From Bacteriovoracaceae bacterium (GTDB lineage Bacteria > Bdellovibrionota > Bacteriovoracia > Bacteriovoracales > Bacteriovoracaceae): a stretch of DNA of 64,000 nucleotides. Below are positions 31,529 through 41,684 of this stretch, in pieces. The DNA lies in contig JABIHA010000036.1 of NCBI GenBank assembly GCA_018649885.1, positions 1-64,000 on the forward strand, written 5' to 3'. The notes under the pieces were generated by a model. It saw nothing but the letters and a program-made list of their open reading frames with translations, ran no database searches and was not told where the DNA came from. The translations under genes and the position numbers were made by a program. Position 1 is the stretch's first letter, and each line of letters begins with the position of its first letter.

Positions 31529-31810
31529 GTAAACAGTGTGTTTCACTAACTTGAAACACTTTTGGTTACGGACCTAAAATTACTCAACACATTTTTATGA
31601 GCTCAGTTACAATAGTTTTACAGATTGCCGATCCCAACTCGAAAGAGTTGTGGTTGCCCAAAAATGAGGCCTAAAATGATCTCTCCAAGTGATCGTTTTG
31701 GGCCTTTTTTGTATTTAATGAAAGCTTAATAGTTGTATTTTTTACATTTGCCTCTTCGCATCTAAACGTATCTGCTAGGGTCACCTCTTAAATAAATAGG
31801 AGAGCCCCCA

Positions 31811-32224
31811 ATGAAAAGAATTTGTTTTTTATTTTTAGCTATTTTATCTACTTCATCTTTTGCTTATATGGACGATCAATTCTTCTACGAGCGCGAGTAC
31901 AACAGTAGAAATGAAGACACGACTATTTACTACTGTAAAACTAGAAAGATTGTAAATAATGGATGGATTTGGCCCGACCCAAAAGAAGCTTGGGTAGAGC
32001 AAACTGGAATTGCAGACAATGAAGGCTGTTACAAAAAGGCCCTTGAGCTTGCAAAAAATCCAGAGAATGAATCAAGTGTATATTACCAATGGAAAGTTAG
32101 GGCCCGAGGTTATGTCAATGCCAAAAGTTCTGCTACTTATAAATCTGGCGATAGAAGAGTTAGACCGGCTCCTAAAGTCAACGCAAGTGAAGTTTATTTC
32201 GAGGCCCATAAACCAAAGTTTTAA
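31811..32224 (+). CDS. Secreted hypothetical protein
   Basis: AGGAG RBS, signal peptide. Confidence 0.75.
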   Translation: MKRICFLFLAILSTSSFAYMDDQFFYEREYNSRNEDTTIYYCKTRKIVNNGWIWPDPKEAWVEQTGIADNEGCYKKALELAKNPENESSVYYQWKVRARGYVNAKSSATYKSGDRRVRPAPKVNASEVYFEAHKPKF

Positions 32225-33026
32225 TTTACGGTGAGTAGCCTCGGTTGAGATTACCTTAGGTTCCATACCGGAACCAAATGGCCAGTGCAACTTTCTCTTT
32301 ATAGTAAACTTCAAAAGGTGCATGGAACACTTGTTTCATGCAATATTTGTTTCAAAATATCAACCTGTTCAAAATCTCGTAAAACTTGTTCATTTTTAAA
32401 ATTAATTGAGGGATCATATCTATTTCCCTCAAAGACCAGATCTAGTGTGTTGAAGCAAGTGATCTCATCAACATATGTATCCCAAATCTTAGATATCCTC
32501 AATAGATTCCTGCGACCTGTCAAAAAACCTTGCCGTAAAAAATCGGATAAATTAGATCTTTTAAATTTCCCCGAACCTGCAACATAGTACTGAAAACCTA
32601 ATCGTAAACAGGCGCTGAAGATGCAAATAACGCTACCCGTGTAACTGAAAATATTAAAAATAGAGGCCAAATAAGGATGACGAAATATCGCTAAAATGAA
32701 GTAAAGTGCCAACCATGGCAGCCTTACTTATGGCCTTGAATAGCACTAAACAAGACAATCTTATAATTTAAAATTGATATTCTTAAATCTTCTCAAAACT
32801 GTAATCCAGTTAATCAGCATGCTGCTTCTCCATCTTCTTTTATCATCGCCTCAGTGAAATACTTTGTGAATTATATATATTCTAAGAGACGACTCCATTA
32901 GAAAATATGGAGAAATTGTGGAAACTACTTTCCTTCGATCATTTTGAAAATCTTTCAAATCCACTGTTAAAAAAGAGTATTGCTACCTTTACTTTGTGAT
33001 TCCAGTATTTCTCCATATATATCAGT

Positions 33027-35405
33027 TTGGTGAAATGGGATGATGCATACACAAAAAAACAAGGTGTTATATTTTTACAATCGCTTACTGGAGGAACAGG
33101 AATCGGGACAGGAGGAGCTGTCCGAGTTTATATTTTTGATCGTTCTTCAAACTCTTGGTATTACGAAACAGAGCTTACTCCAAGTGGAGTGGTCGCTGGA
33201 GACTCATTTGGTAACGCTGTCTCTGTTTCAGGACAGTCTGTCTTAGTAGGGGCGACCGGACAAGATACAGGTGGATCACTTAGAGGTGCTGCTTACATTT
33301 TTAACTGGGACCCTTCTAGTAATTCTTATTACCAAAAGGCCATGTTGCAAGCAGCGGATACTGACAGTGGTGATTACTTTGGAAATTCAGTGGCACTGGA
33401 TGGAAACTTTGCGGCCATTGGATCATACAATCATGATTTACCCGCTTCCAATGCAGGAGCAGTTTATATTTTTGGATATAATTCCTACAGTGGTACTTGG
33501 GGAGAAGGAGGCAAAATTCAGCCAGGCGATATAGGCTCAGGTGATAAATTTGGAACATCTGTTGCTCTTTCAGGCAAAAGAGTCATAGCTGGAGCTCCTT
33601 ATTATGATACTGCCAATACAAATGCAGGTGGGGCCTGGATTTATGTTTGGGACCCTTCAAGCAGTTCTTGGTATAGCGAACTGGTCATTTCTGGAGGAAC
33701 GGCTTCTGAATTACTTGGAAGTTGGGTCGACATAGATGGTAATACTGCCGTAGTTGCAGCTCCTGGCTACAACTCTAGTACCGGAAAAGTACTTGTCTAT
33801 ATGTATGATCGTTCAGCAAATAACTGGAACTTAGATCAAACTCTCACAACAGATGATGGTATTGCCGGAGATCAATTTGGTTACTCAGTCAATGTTGACG
33901 GAAATATGATAATCGTAGGTACACCATATAACGATGATGAGGGAACAAATATTGGTAAGTCTTATGTTTTTCATCGAGATCCCGCAACAGGAAATTGGGA
34001 GCAAAAATTTAAAGTTTATCCCAACTCTGCACCTCTTACCCAAAATTTTGGCCATAGGGTATCTATATCAAATGGATCAGCGATAGTTGCCGCTCCTTAT
34101 AGTGATGAAACAACTACCAACACAGGCTCTATTTTCACAATGAATTTCAATGAAGAGCTTGTAAGTGATTGGAGTGAAAAATCCTTCTCTTATGGCACTG
34201 GCGCCTCCGCAAAACATTTTGGCCAGGCAATGGACGTCCACAATGACACTGCCATTATCTCCGCTCCAGCAAATAATGGTGATATTGGCCAGGCCTTTAT
34301 ACAAAATTATGATCATGACGGTACAGGCTCGTGGGCCACAGATGCAACTTTATACGCCAGTGATGGGGCGAGTGGTGACTTCTTTGGATGGAGTGTTGCC
34401 ATTCACGGTGACTGGGCAGCAGTGGGGGCTCCCAACACAGATCAATCCGGCAGCAACTCAGGCGCTGTTTACACTTTCAAATTTGACCCAAGTGGTAATT
34501 CCTGGACTCAGCAGACAAAATCTATTGCTAAAGACGGGCAGGCCAGCGACTACTATGGGCAATCTGTGGATATTCATGGAAATATGATGATTGTAGGTGC
34601 TCCTTCAGAAGATACTAATGCAAGTAATGCTGGAGCCGTATATTTTAAAATAGTTAATACTGTTGAAGGCGATACTCACTCCTTCGAGGATCAAAAGGTT
34701 AGTACTGGGACTGTAGAAACCAATCAATATTTTGGAAAATCAGTGGGAATCTATGAAACAACTGCGATTGTGGGCTCCCCTGGTTATGATGGAGGAGTAA
34801 CTGATAGAGGTAGAGTAAGAATCCTACAACTAGACCCAAGCTCTAGCTCTTGGTATACCGAAGCCACACTTTATGCTTCAGATAATGCTACGGGCGATCA
34901 ATTTGGCTACAGTGTAGACATTTCTTCAGGGATGGCAGTGATCGGTGCTCCTTTTAATGATGACGATGGTACTAATTCTGGCTCGGCTTATGTATATATG
35001 TTTGACCCCTCCTCAAATTCATGGAGTCAAGACGCTATTTTAAAATCTTCTGATGCAGCTTCATACGATTACTTCGGCTCTTCTGTGGCAATCGATGGTT
35101 GGACTATTGTAGTTGGTGCTTATGGAGATGGGGACGCCAAATCATCCACTGGCGGTGCCGCTTATGTTTTCCAATATAACTCTTACTCTAACACTTGGGT
35201 AGAAATTAAAAAGCTGGCTCCGAGTGTGGCACCTGAAACTGGCGAATCAAGAAACTGTGGTGGTGGTAGGGGCGACTATAGGAAGGCCGTGGCGGTTTCA
35301 GATCAACATATTATAATGGGATGTAAAGGTGAAAATGCTCAAGATGGGTCCGCCTGGTATTTCCATATGGATATTCCTGACAGGCCAACAGGGTTAGGGC
35401 TGTAA
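33027..35405 (+). CDS. FG-GAP/integrin-alpha-like beta-propeller repeat protein
   Basis: More than a dozen FGxSV..GAP..GAxY repeats; true 5' end uncertain (in-frame TGA at 32997). Confidence 0.85.
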   Translation: MVKWDDAYTKKQGVIFLQSLTGGTGIGTGGAVRVYIFDRSSNSWYYETELTPSGVVAGDSFGNAVSVSGQSVLVGATGQDTGGSLRGAAYIFNWDPSSNSYYQKAMLQAADTDSGDYFGNSVALDGNFAAIGSYNHDLPASNAGAVYIFGYNSYSGTWGEGGKIQPGDIGSGDKFGTSVALSGKRVIAGAPYYDTANTNAGGAWIYVWDPSSSSWYSELVISGGTASELLGSWVDIDGNTAVVAAPGYNSSTGKVLVYMYDRSANNWNLDQTLTTDDGIAGDQFGYSVNVDGNMIIVGTPYNDDEGTNIGKSYVFHRDPATGNWEQKFKVYPNSAPLTQNFGHRVSISNGSAIVAAPYSDETTTNTGSIFTMNFNEELVSDWSEKSFSYGTGASAKHFGQAMDVHNDTAIISAPANNGDIGQAFIQNYDHDGTGSWATDATLYASDGASGDFFGWSVAIHGDWAAVGAPNTDQSGSNSGAVYTFKFDPSGNSWTQQTKSIAKDGQASDYYGQSVDIHGNMMIVGAPSEDTNASNAGAVYFKIVNTVEGDTHSFEDQKVSTGTVETNQYFGKSVGIYETTAIVGSPGYDGGVTDRGRVRILQLDPSSSSWYTEATLYASDNATGDQFGYSVDISSGMAVIGAPFNDDDGTNSGSAYVYMFDPSSNSWSQDAILKSSDAASYDYFGSSVAIDGWTIVVGAYGDGDAKSSTGGAAYVFQYNSYSNTWVEIKKLAPSVAPETGESRNCGGGRGDYRKAVAVSDQHIIMGCKGENAQDGSAWYFHMDIPDRPTGLGL

Positions 35406-35956
35406 AAGGGTGTCAGGTACGTTACCTAGTGAATCTAGTCTGGCACCAATATGAAAAGACTCAAAAAAATTCACCCAAATTAGGCCGTCGAAGTTTGACC
35501 TGTCCGGCTACTATAGTGACTGTCGTATCCTTGACTACGGTGCCACCGATGAGAAGAATGGCAAGAAAAGTGACAAGTTTTTATCGAAACACCAATGCTT
35601 TTGAGCTTAGAGGATGGGGGAGTTGAAATGACCAACATTTTGACACCATTGAGTAAACAATAAAAAAAGTTCATGAAAAATAACCTTAACAATATCTCAC
35701 CCTGCCGTTATCCTTGATTACGATGTCGCTGGGTTCTCCATTTATGGGCCTTATGGCCCTTTAAAAACAATAGATTTACTCCAAGCTAGTGACGGTGCAA
35801 ACACATTTCTTGGGTTTGCACCTTTTTCACAATGATCCCTATCAGGGCTACTCGACATAGAGATGGGCCACTAACAATCTTCTCGTTTAATTTTTCAATT
35901 GTTTGGCAGCAATTTTTTTCTTATGCGAGTAGCGCTCTTTAGCATCCTACCCTGTG

Positions 35957-36835
35957 CTATATCTTTTCTTTGATCTTTTTTATTAATTTTATGGCCTTGG
36001 CAAGTCTCGGGAGATCGTGGCAAAGTTCTCCAGTTTGAAAATCATTAGCTACACTTTCCCTTATTTTCTCGGAACTGCTTCCTTCAGAAAGTACTAGAAC
36101 TCTACCAGGACGAGTCCTTTTTAACCCTTGTGCTAGCAAAGCTTCACCATCACTTTTGTATTTCTTTACACAGCTTTCTATTGAAGGATCACAGATTTTA
36201 TTTCTTAGGCGATGAAGATGTACTTTTTTGTAAATTTCTTTACAGCTAAACCTCACCTTTTCTAAATCCGTTAAGTCGACAATATTTTTCGTATTATTAA
36301 TAACATATTTTTTAACTTTCCCTGGACCCATCAGACGAGGGTATTTTTGACAAAAATCACCACTATCAAAACCATATTGAATTATTTTAAATACTTTCTC
36401 AATTGACAGAGATGTCCTTCCTCGAATTTCATTTATTAAATGATTGGATTTTCGCTGTTTTCCCTTCCATAAGGCATCGAGGACCCTTTCCTCTTTGTTT
36501 TTAATAGGGAGGTACCCCACTAGTATGGTACTTAGACCTGTGAAAATCCCTGCAGCAGTTAATCCAGCTGTAGTAATCGCCGAGTTTTTTAGAGGTGTTC
36601 CTCCTGCTTCGACAACACCGGCAGCTGTGCCAATCACAACTCCCCCCGCTGCTGCAGCACCTACCCCTGTTAACCCTAAAGCGAATGTTATATTATTTCT
36701 TATACGTACCTTATTATTTCCAACTTTTTCATATAAATCCTCGCAGCTAGTTGTCCAGCCATCATCATCAGCATATAGGTTCGTTGTGATAAATATTGAT
36801 AAAATTGATAATAAAAAGTACTTATAAAAAAACAT
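35957..36835 (-). CDS. Secreted protein with Gly/Ala-rich hydrophobic hairpin
   Basis: Signal peptide; SC..Y, GVGAAAAGGVVIG, GDFC..RLM; degenerate second copy of the module. Confidence 0.75.
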   Translation of the reverse strand: MFFYKYFLLSILSIFITTNLYADDDGWTTSCEDLYEKVGNNKVRIRNNITFALGLTGVGAAAAGGVVIGTAAGVVEAGGTPLKNSAITTAGLTAAGIFTGLSTILVGYLPIKNKEERVLDALWKGKQRKSNHLINEIRGRTSLSIEKVFKIIQYGFDSGDFCQKYPRLMGPGKVKKYVINNTKNIVDLTDLEKVRFSCKEIYKKVHLHRLRNKICDPSIESCVKKYKSDGEALLAQGLKRTRPGRVLVLSEGSSSEKIRESVANDFQTGELCHDLPRLAKAIKLIKKIKEKI

Positions 36836-37389
36836 TAGTATCTCCAAGTGAAAGTTTTAGGTTTATCAATTTGTTAATTTGAAGAAAAAAACAACAATTC
36901 AAACTACAGTGAGCTACTTAATCTCTTGTATTTAAGAGATTGAATTACTTGGTTAGAGCGTGGAGGTTTTCGAGGTTAAAAAGGAAAACCGGGTGACCAA
37001 GTAATGAGCGCCAACTTTTTCATAAGCTTCTCTATACATAGTGTTTATTTTTTAGTTGTAACAAAGCGAGGAAACAGAAGCAATGCACTGCGTCAATTCT
37101 ATATATTCCTTAACCTTATAATAATAATACTCTGCTAAGTGACTGAAAAAACTGACTGCTTTGGAGTGGAAGACAAAAAAACTAGTGGATAAAGTAGGGG
37201 CGCATATATGGAAATTGCTTGAGTATTATAAAATAACCTACTTGCCCTACTCTGACCTGTTTTCAATCAAATATATAGTTTTGCTGCTGTTGGTGCTGAG
37301 TACACCTGCCATTAGTTCACGGTCCTCATTGTTCTATATATCACAAAAATATGATACTATCGAGAAGCCCTTTCAATTGCAAAAACCAC

Positions 37390-37947
37390 TTATAAGGACA
37401 AAATCATTTCGATCGCTGTACAAACACATTTTTCGGGTTTGCACCTTACGCATTGATAATCGATGTGATGCCAAAACTTAGGATGACTGGCCACTTTGGA
37501 AAACCCCATGCTCTTTAAATACTTTAATGAACTTGACCCTGGAGACTCAAGCCAACTGTGACAAACAATGGCCCTTGCACCCATTTCTTTCATCATTTCA
37601 ATAGACATAGAAGAAAGTGACTTTCCAATACCCCGACATTGGAAGCTAGGATCAATAAAAAGAGATTTAAAATAGGCCACCTTGGGTTTTTCCACATTCC
37701 ATTTATCTGGTGTCACTGCTAAGGGCAAATCTAACCAGCAATTGGGAGCATAACTAAACCTAATCCCCACAATTTCTAAATCACAGATTGCCAAAAATGA
37801 GCAGTTCCTCCCACCTAGAATTGACCTACGGTAGATGTCACCAATATCATCAGTGGAGTAGTAGTTGTCTCCTATGGTGCGGTCACAAAAGCTCACTATC
37901 TTTTCTGCGCGTGACAAATCGAGTGGAATGTATTCGATATCACTCAT
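37390..37947 (-). CDS. GNAT-family N-acetyltransferase
   Basis: FIDPSFQCRGIGKSL motif A, MGF; ATG at 37947, 4 bp after the rep stop. Confidence 0.85.
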   Translation of the reverse strand: MSDIEYIPLDLSRAEKIVSFCDRTIGDNYYSTDDIGDIYRRSILGGRNCSFLAICDLEIVGIRFSYAPNCWLDLPLAVTPDKWNVEKPKVAYFKSLFIDPSFQCRGIGKSLSSMSIEMMKEMGARAIVCHSWLESPGSSSLKYLKSMGFSKVASHPKFWHHIDYQCVRCKPEKCVCTAIEMILSL

Positions 37948-37951
37948 AAGT

Positions 37952-39553
37952 TTATTGAGGGAATTTGTCTTTAATATTTTTGTAATTGAGAATATCACCA
38001 CTAAAGAAGTCAACCTTAGCTATATCTCTCATCTTATGTTCAAGGCTAAGATTGTACAGGGGATCACTACTATTCACTCCATCACTTTCCAGTGCAGCTA
38101 GTGCTCTTTTGGTAATTTGCTCTTTAAAGGAGCGGTTATTTTTCAACATATCGTAATACAGACGCTCAAAACTATTTTCTAGTTTTTGCACTTCCTCTTT
38201 TTTGGCCTCTTCTCTTTTAACAAGCTCGGTGTTGATTCTTCCATCAACATCTTTTTTCTTTTTCTCTTCCGCCCTTATTGTCACAAATTGACGGTATCCC
38301 TCTGGAAGCTCAAGACTTCCCTCAATCATTGAACCTAAAATCGATCTTGCCAGCGCCTTAAATGATTTGGTTACTCGGTAGCCACACTTTAAAACCTGAT
38401 ACAAGGTGACATCAAGGCAAAACTCGCATGCAAGATAACTGGATTTTCCATAGAGGAAAGTATCTTTGTCTTTTTCCTTTTGATACTTAAAAGTAAACTC
38501 TCTTTTCATATTATCGATATCAAGTGGGGTTAGGTTGAGATTTTCCATCTCCTGGGCCCCATAATAAAACCACAAACTCTTTAAAAAAGGATCAGTGATA
38601 CTTTCGTTGTCTTCAATTAAATGAGTATTTTTAAAAACAATTAATATATCCCAATCTGCCTTGGACTTACTTTTTTTAATTGTAAAATCAAAGCTATTAA
38701 GACCCTCTTGAATTCTTTTAAGATACTCGCCAATCTGACGGCGCCTTTTTGAACTTCCGGTTAGCCCTATAACTTGAGCCAGCTCTTCAAGTGGAAATAT
38801 AAATTGGTCCCCAAATTTTTTCCTTTTAGAGTATAGGAAAATGAGAACTCGCCTTTGAGGGCCAGACTTTAAACTAAGGTAAGCATTTGAGCTGATAACA
38901 GAGACATACTCGTTGTAGAGATTTTTTACAATATAGCTATCAAACTCAATGAAAAAGACATCTTGAAAATTGGCAAAATCCATATCAGAGGTGCCTCTTC
39001 TAACTCTGCCCGATTTTAAAATGATCTTAGTATCTTCATTGATCAGCCCAACATCTCCAGTTTCTGCGTTGTAGGCAAAATTTTTGGTTTGAAGATTTTG
39101 GCTTTTAATCTTTTTGATGGCACGCGCAACTTTATTTCTTGAATTGGCAGAGAGGCCCAGCCTTCTACAAACTTCGGCGTGAGTATAATAGACGCGAAAG
39201 CCATTCATCCGCTCTTTAGAGTTCTTGTTGCGATCTCTTTGCTCCCAGGCCATGGTGAGAAGGACAAGCAGCACATCATTTTCAAAGGCCTGTAGAGGGC
39301 CTTCATTGGATTGTGTGGTTACTTCTAACATATAGACCGAACCATTATCATCTACGTTTCTAACAATGGCCGAGCTGGCCTCAGTCTTGTCGTAATCATC
39401 CGTTAGGTAGTACTTGAATGGAAGAGCAAGGCCCAGGTTTATCTCAACCTTAAAGCGATCGTCACGCTTACTGATGATCTCAAGATCATGATCGATTGTA
39501 ATGAGAGAATCTGCTGCTGAAACTGGAGCGCCAGTTCCCAAAATCTCCGACAT
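37952..39553 (-). CDS. Plasmid-type replication initiator (RepA-like, winged helix)
   Basis: EINL..LPF, GPLQAFENDVLLVL, HTH-like THAEVCRRLGLS..KVARAIKKI, YLSLKS..RR..FL; immediately next to the iteron array. Confidence 0.75.
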   Translation of the reverse strand: MSEILGTGAPVSAADSLITIDHDLEIISKRDDRFKVEINLGLALPFKYYLTDDYDKTEASSAIVRNVDDNGSVYMLEVTTQSNEGPLQAFENDVLLVLLTMAWEQRDRNKNSKERMNGFRVYYTHAEVCRRLGLSANSRNKVARAIKKIKSQNLQTKNFAYNAETGDVGLINEDTKIILKSGRVRRGTSDMDFANFQDVFFIEFDSYIVKNLYNEYVSVISSNAYLSLKSGPQRRVLIFLYSKRKKFGDQFIFPLEELAQVIGLTGSSKRRRQIGEYLKRIQEGLNSFDFTIKKSKSKADWDILIVFKNTHLIEDNESITDPFLKSLWFYYGAQEMENLNLTPLDIDNMKREFTFKYQKEKDKDTFLYGKSSYLACEFCLDVTLYQVLKCGYRVTKSFKALARSILGSMIEGSLELPEGYRQFVTIRAEEKKKKDVDGRINTELVKREEAKKEEVQKLENSFERLYYDMLKNNRSFKEQITKRALAALESDGVNSSDPLYNLSLEHKMRDIAKVDFFSGDILNYKNIKDKFPQ

Positions 39554-39620
39554 AGGACATTCTCCTAAATGTGGCTTTCTTTAATTATTTGCGATAAATA
39601 CAAAATTGGCCACAAAAAAA

Positions 39621-40307
39621 TCCCTATTAGTACCGCCCCCAACTCAAATTCCCTTCTAGTACCGGGCCGGACGAATATCCCTTATGGTACAGGCCAGTAA
39701 TTTTATCCCTACAAGCACATGCCGTAGGCACCAATAAGTCCCTACGAGTACAGGCCCTCAATGCCAATAGTCCCTACTAGTACAGACCTCCACCTTAAAA
39801 TATCCCTACAGGTACAGGCCTTCATCAAAAAAGTCCCTACTGGTACACACCTAGTAAAAGCCTGGCCAAGGCGCGGCCAAGGAAAGTCCCTACCAGTACA
39901 TACCCTCTAGTCTCTTTCAGTAACTTATGGCCATCTTTCACAAAAAGTCCCTAATAGTACACCCCTGCTAGCTCAAAAATAGCTGAAGGTATGTACTATT
40001 AGGGACCAAGGCATGTACTCGTAGGGACCAAAGGCCCATAGGTGTACTAGTAGGGACTAAGGGGTGTACTCATAGGGATTTAGGGGTGTACTAGTGTGGA
40101 CTTTTAGGGCAGGTGTGTACTCGTAGGGACATAGGGGTGTACTCATAGGGACTTTGCTATGTACTGGTAGGGACTTGGCCATGTACTGGTAGGGACCAAA
40201 AAAATTTCAACTAATTGATATTTCGAAAAATATCCCTATCAGTACACTCCGTAAGTATATAAGTAAGTAATATATATACTTACTTAAATAGCATGTACTC
40301 GTAGGGA
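39621..40307. repeat. Iteron array / replication origin (21 copies of TCCCTANNAGTAC)
   Basis: 10 forward copies 39621-39960, 9 reverse copies 39993-40195, one forward at 40233, one reverse at 40295. Confidence 0.9.
40260..40286. other. AT-rich palindrome, candidate DNA-unwinding element
   Basis: TAAGTAAGTA-ATATATA-TACTTACTTA bracketed by two oppositely oriented iterons. Confidence 0.6.
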
Positions 40308-40399
40308 CAAAAATGATTCACCTCCGTGTGTGTATAGTGCAATTTTTGTCTCTAAAAGTATTTTGCGCCGAATTGAAAACAAATGTCAAAAATGAAATA

Positions 40400-41674
40400 T
40401 CAATAAATTAAATACTTTGCACCGATAGCGGCTGAAATTTCGGTAATTTGACCTGTGGAAAGCATTGCATTGTAAATTGCGATTTCAAAAATATCCCCCA
40501 TTACTTGTGCATCAGCAGAACCTTGATTCCCATGAATATCCCAAGCTGAAGTAAGAGATGAACTTGAACCTGTCTGGTAGTCTTCATTAACTCCATTTAC
40601 ATATGTGGCTACCTCAGTAGCGCTCCAGCTAAAGGCGAGTACATAAGCAGTGGAGCTGCTAATACTTGCAACACCTGTGGTTGGTCCAATACCACTTTTT
40701 AATAGTTGAAATGTAAATCCTGATGAATAGTTGAGTTGGGCGCGAAGGTAGTCAACCCCGTCACTGGAAGACATAACATCCAAAGTTGTCGTGGATAGAC
40801 TTCCTGTTTTCAAAGCTATCAAGATAGTTCCTGAAGTAGAGGCATTAAAATCTGTTGTCAATATTGTGGTGCCATTAAATGTAATCCCTGGATAACCATT
40901 GAGTGTTGCACTAGAGTAATCCGGGTTATTGGTAGCTTCAGTAAATTTATTAGTACCGGCCAAGTTATTCCAACATTTCACTGGATTTGGGCTGGTTATG
41001 GATGCAAGAGAACAACCTGTATCTTGATACATCCCTTGATTATTTTCTGTAAAGAATGAGTGGATACAGCCAAGGCTTTGGTCGCAAATTTGCGTACCCT
41101 GGCCCTGATCTTGGTCCATATTGAAATCGGGGTGATCGCAATCAATGGTATAGGGAGTGGCATTGGAAAAGTGTCCACTCATGGCAACTGTCATGGGACT
41201 TTCTTCAATGTTGACTGATGTAGTCCCTAATTTATACATGGCAGACACTCCCCCACTGGCGGAAGCTAAATTTTGAAAAGTTGGACAGCCTCCAAAGTTG
41301 GAGGTGTCAGCACTTACAGCAACAAGGTGAAATTTGCGATCGCTCCCTTGGGAAACGGTCATTTGAAGTTGAGAATCATCACCCTTAAACCCAGCAAGCT
41401 TATCAAATCTCCAAATGACATCGTCGGAGGAGTCGACACAATTTCCCTGTCCATGATCGGGATTTCGGTACATTATTCCAAAGCAATTAAAATCACCTAT
41501 TGAAGTAGGAGTTTGCCCGGGAGTGGCCACAAAATTGGCGATGTGATGTCCATCAGGATTCGCCCTTTGAATATTAAAGGTAATAGTTGATTCGTCTGAA
41601 CCCGGATGGTTGCTGCACGAGGCACTTAAAAGTGAAACACTTAAAAAAAGAGCTAGTACTCCGATATATCTCAT
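40400..41674 (-). CDS. Lipoprotein with C-terminal LamG/concanavalin-like domain
   Basis: Start refined to MRYIG; lipobox-like LSASC; YVNG, GDIFEIAIYNAMLS..KY. Confidence 0.7.
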   Translation of the reverse strand: MRYIGVLALFLSVSLLSASCSNHPGSDESTITFNIQRANPDGHHIANFVATPGQTPTSIGDFNCFGIMYRNPDHGQGNCVDSSDDVIWRFDKLAGFKGDDSQLQMTVSQGSDRKFHLVAVSADTSNFGGCPTFQNLASASGGVSAMYKLGTTSVNIEESPMTVAMSGHFSNATPYTIDCDHPDFNMDQDQGQGTQICDQSLGCIHSFFTENNQGMYQDTGCSLASITSPNPVKCWNNLAGTNKFTEATNNPDYSSATLNGYPGITFNGTTILTTDFNASTSGTILIALKTGSLSTTTLDVMSSSDGVDYLRAQLNYSSGFTFQLLKSGIGPTTGVASISSSTAYVLAFSWSATEVATYVNGVNEDYQTGSSSSLTSAWDIHGNQGSADAQVMGDIFEIAIYNAMLSTGQITEISAAIGAKYLIY

Positions 41675-41684
41675 GATGGTTTCC

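Noticed and set aside
32285..32712. ORFs 32311-32712 (-) and 32285-32587 (+)
   Set aside because: No RBS or recognisable family. The region may be a decayed gene but cannot be supported.
35406..35950. Short ORFs and a GGTGTCAG..CTGGCACC hairpin as a REP/MITE
   Set aside because: Single copy in the window, imperfect, and no transposase nearby.
36850..37389. DnaA-box cluster / oriC, and the 37161-37481 ORF
   Set aside because: Only one mismatched box (AGTGGATAA near 37184) was seen. The ORF has a TTG start, no recognisable motif and overlaps the GNAT gene.
39621..40307. CRISPR array interpretation of the repeats
   Set aside because: Repeats are only about 13-15 bp, degenerate and in both orientations, most gaps are 9-20 bp, and there are no cas genes. 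Adjacency to rep fits iterons.
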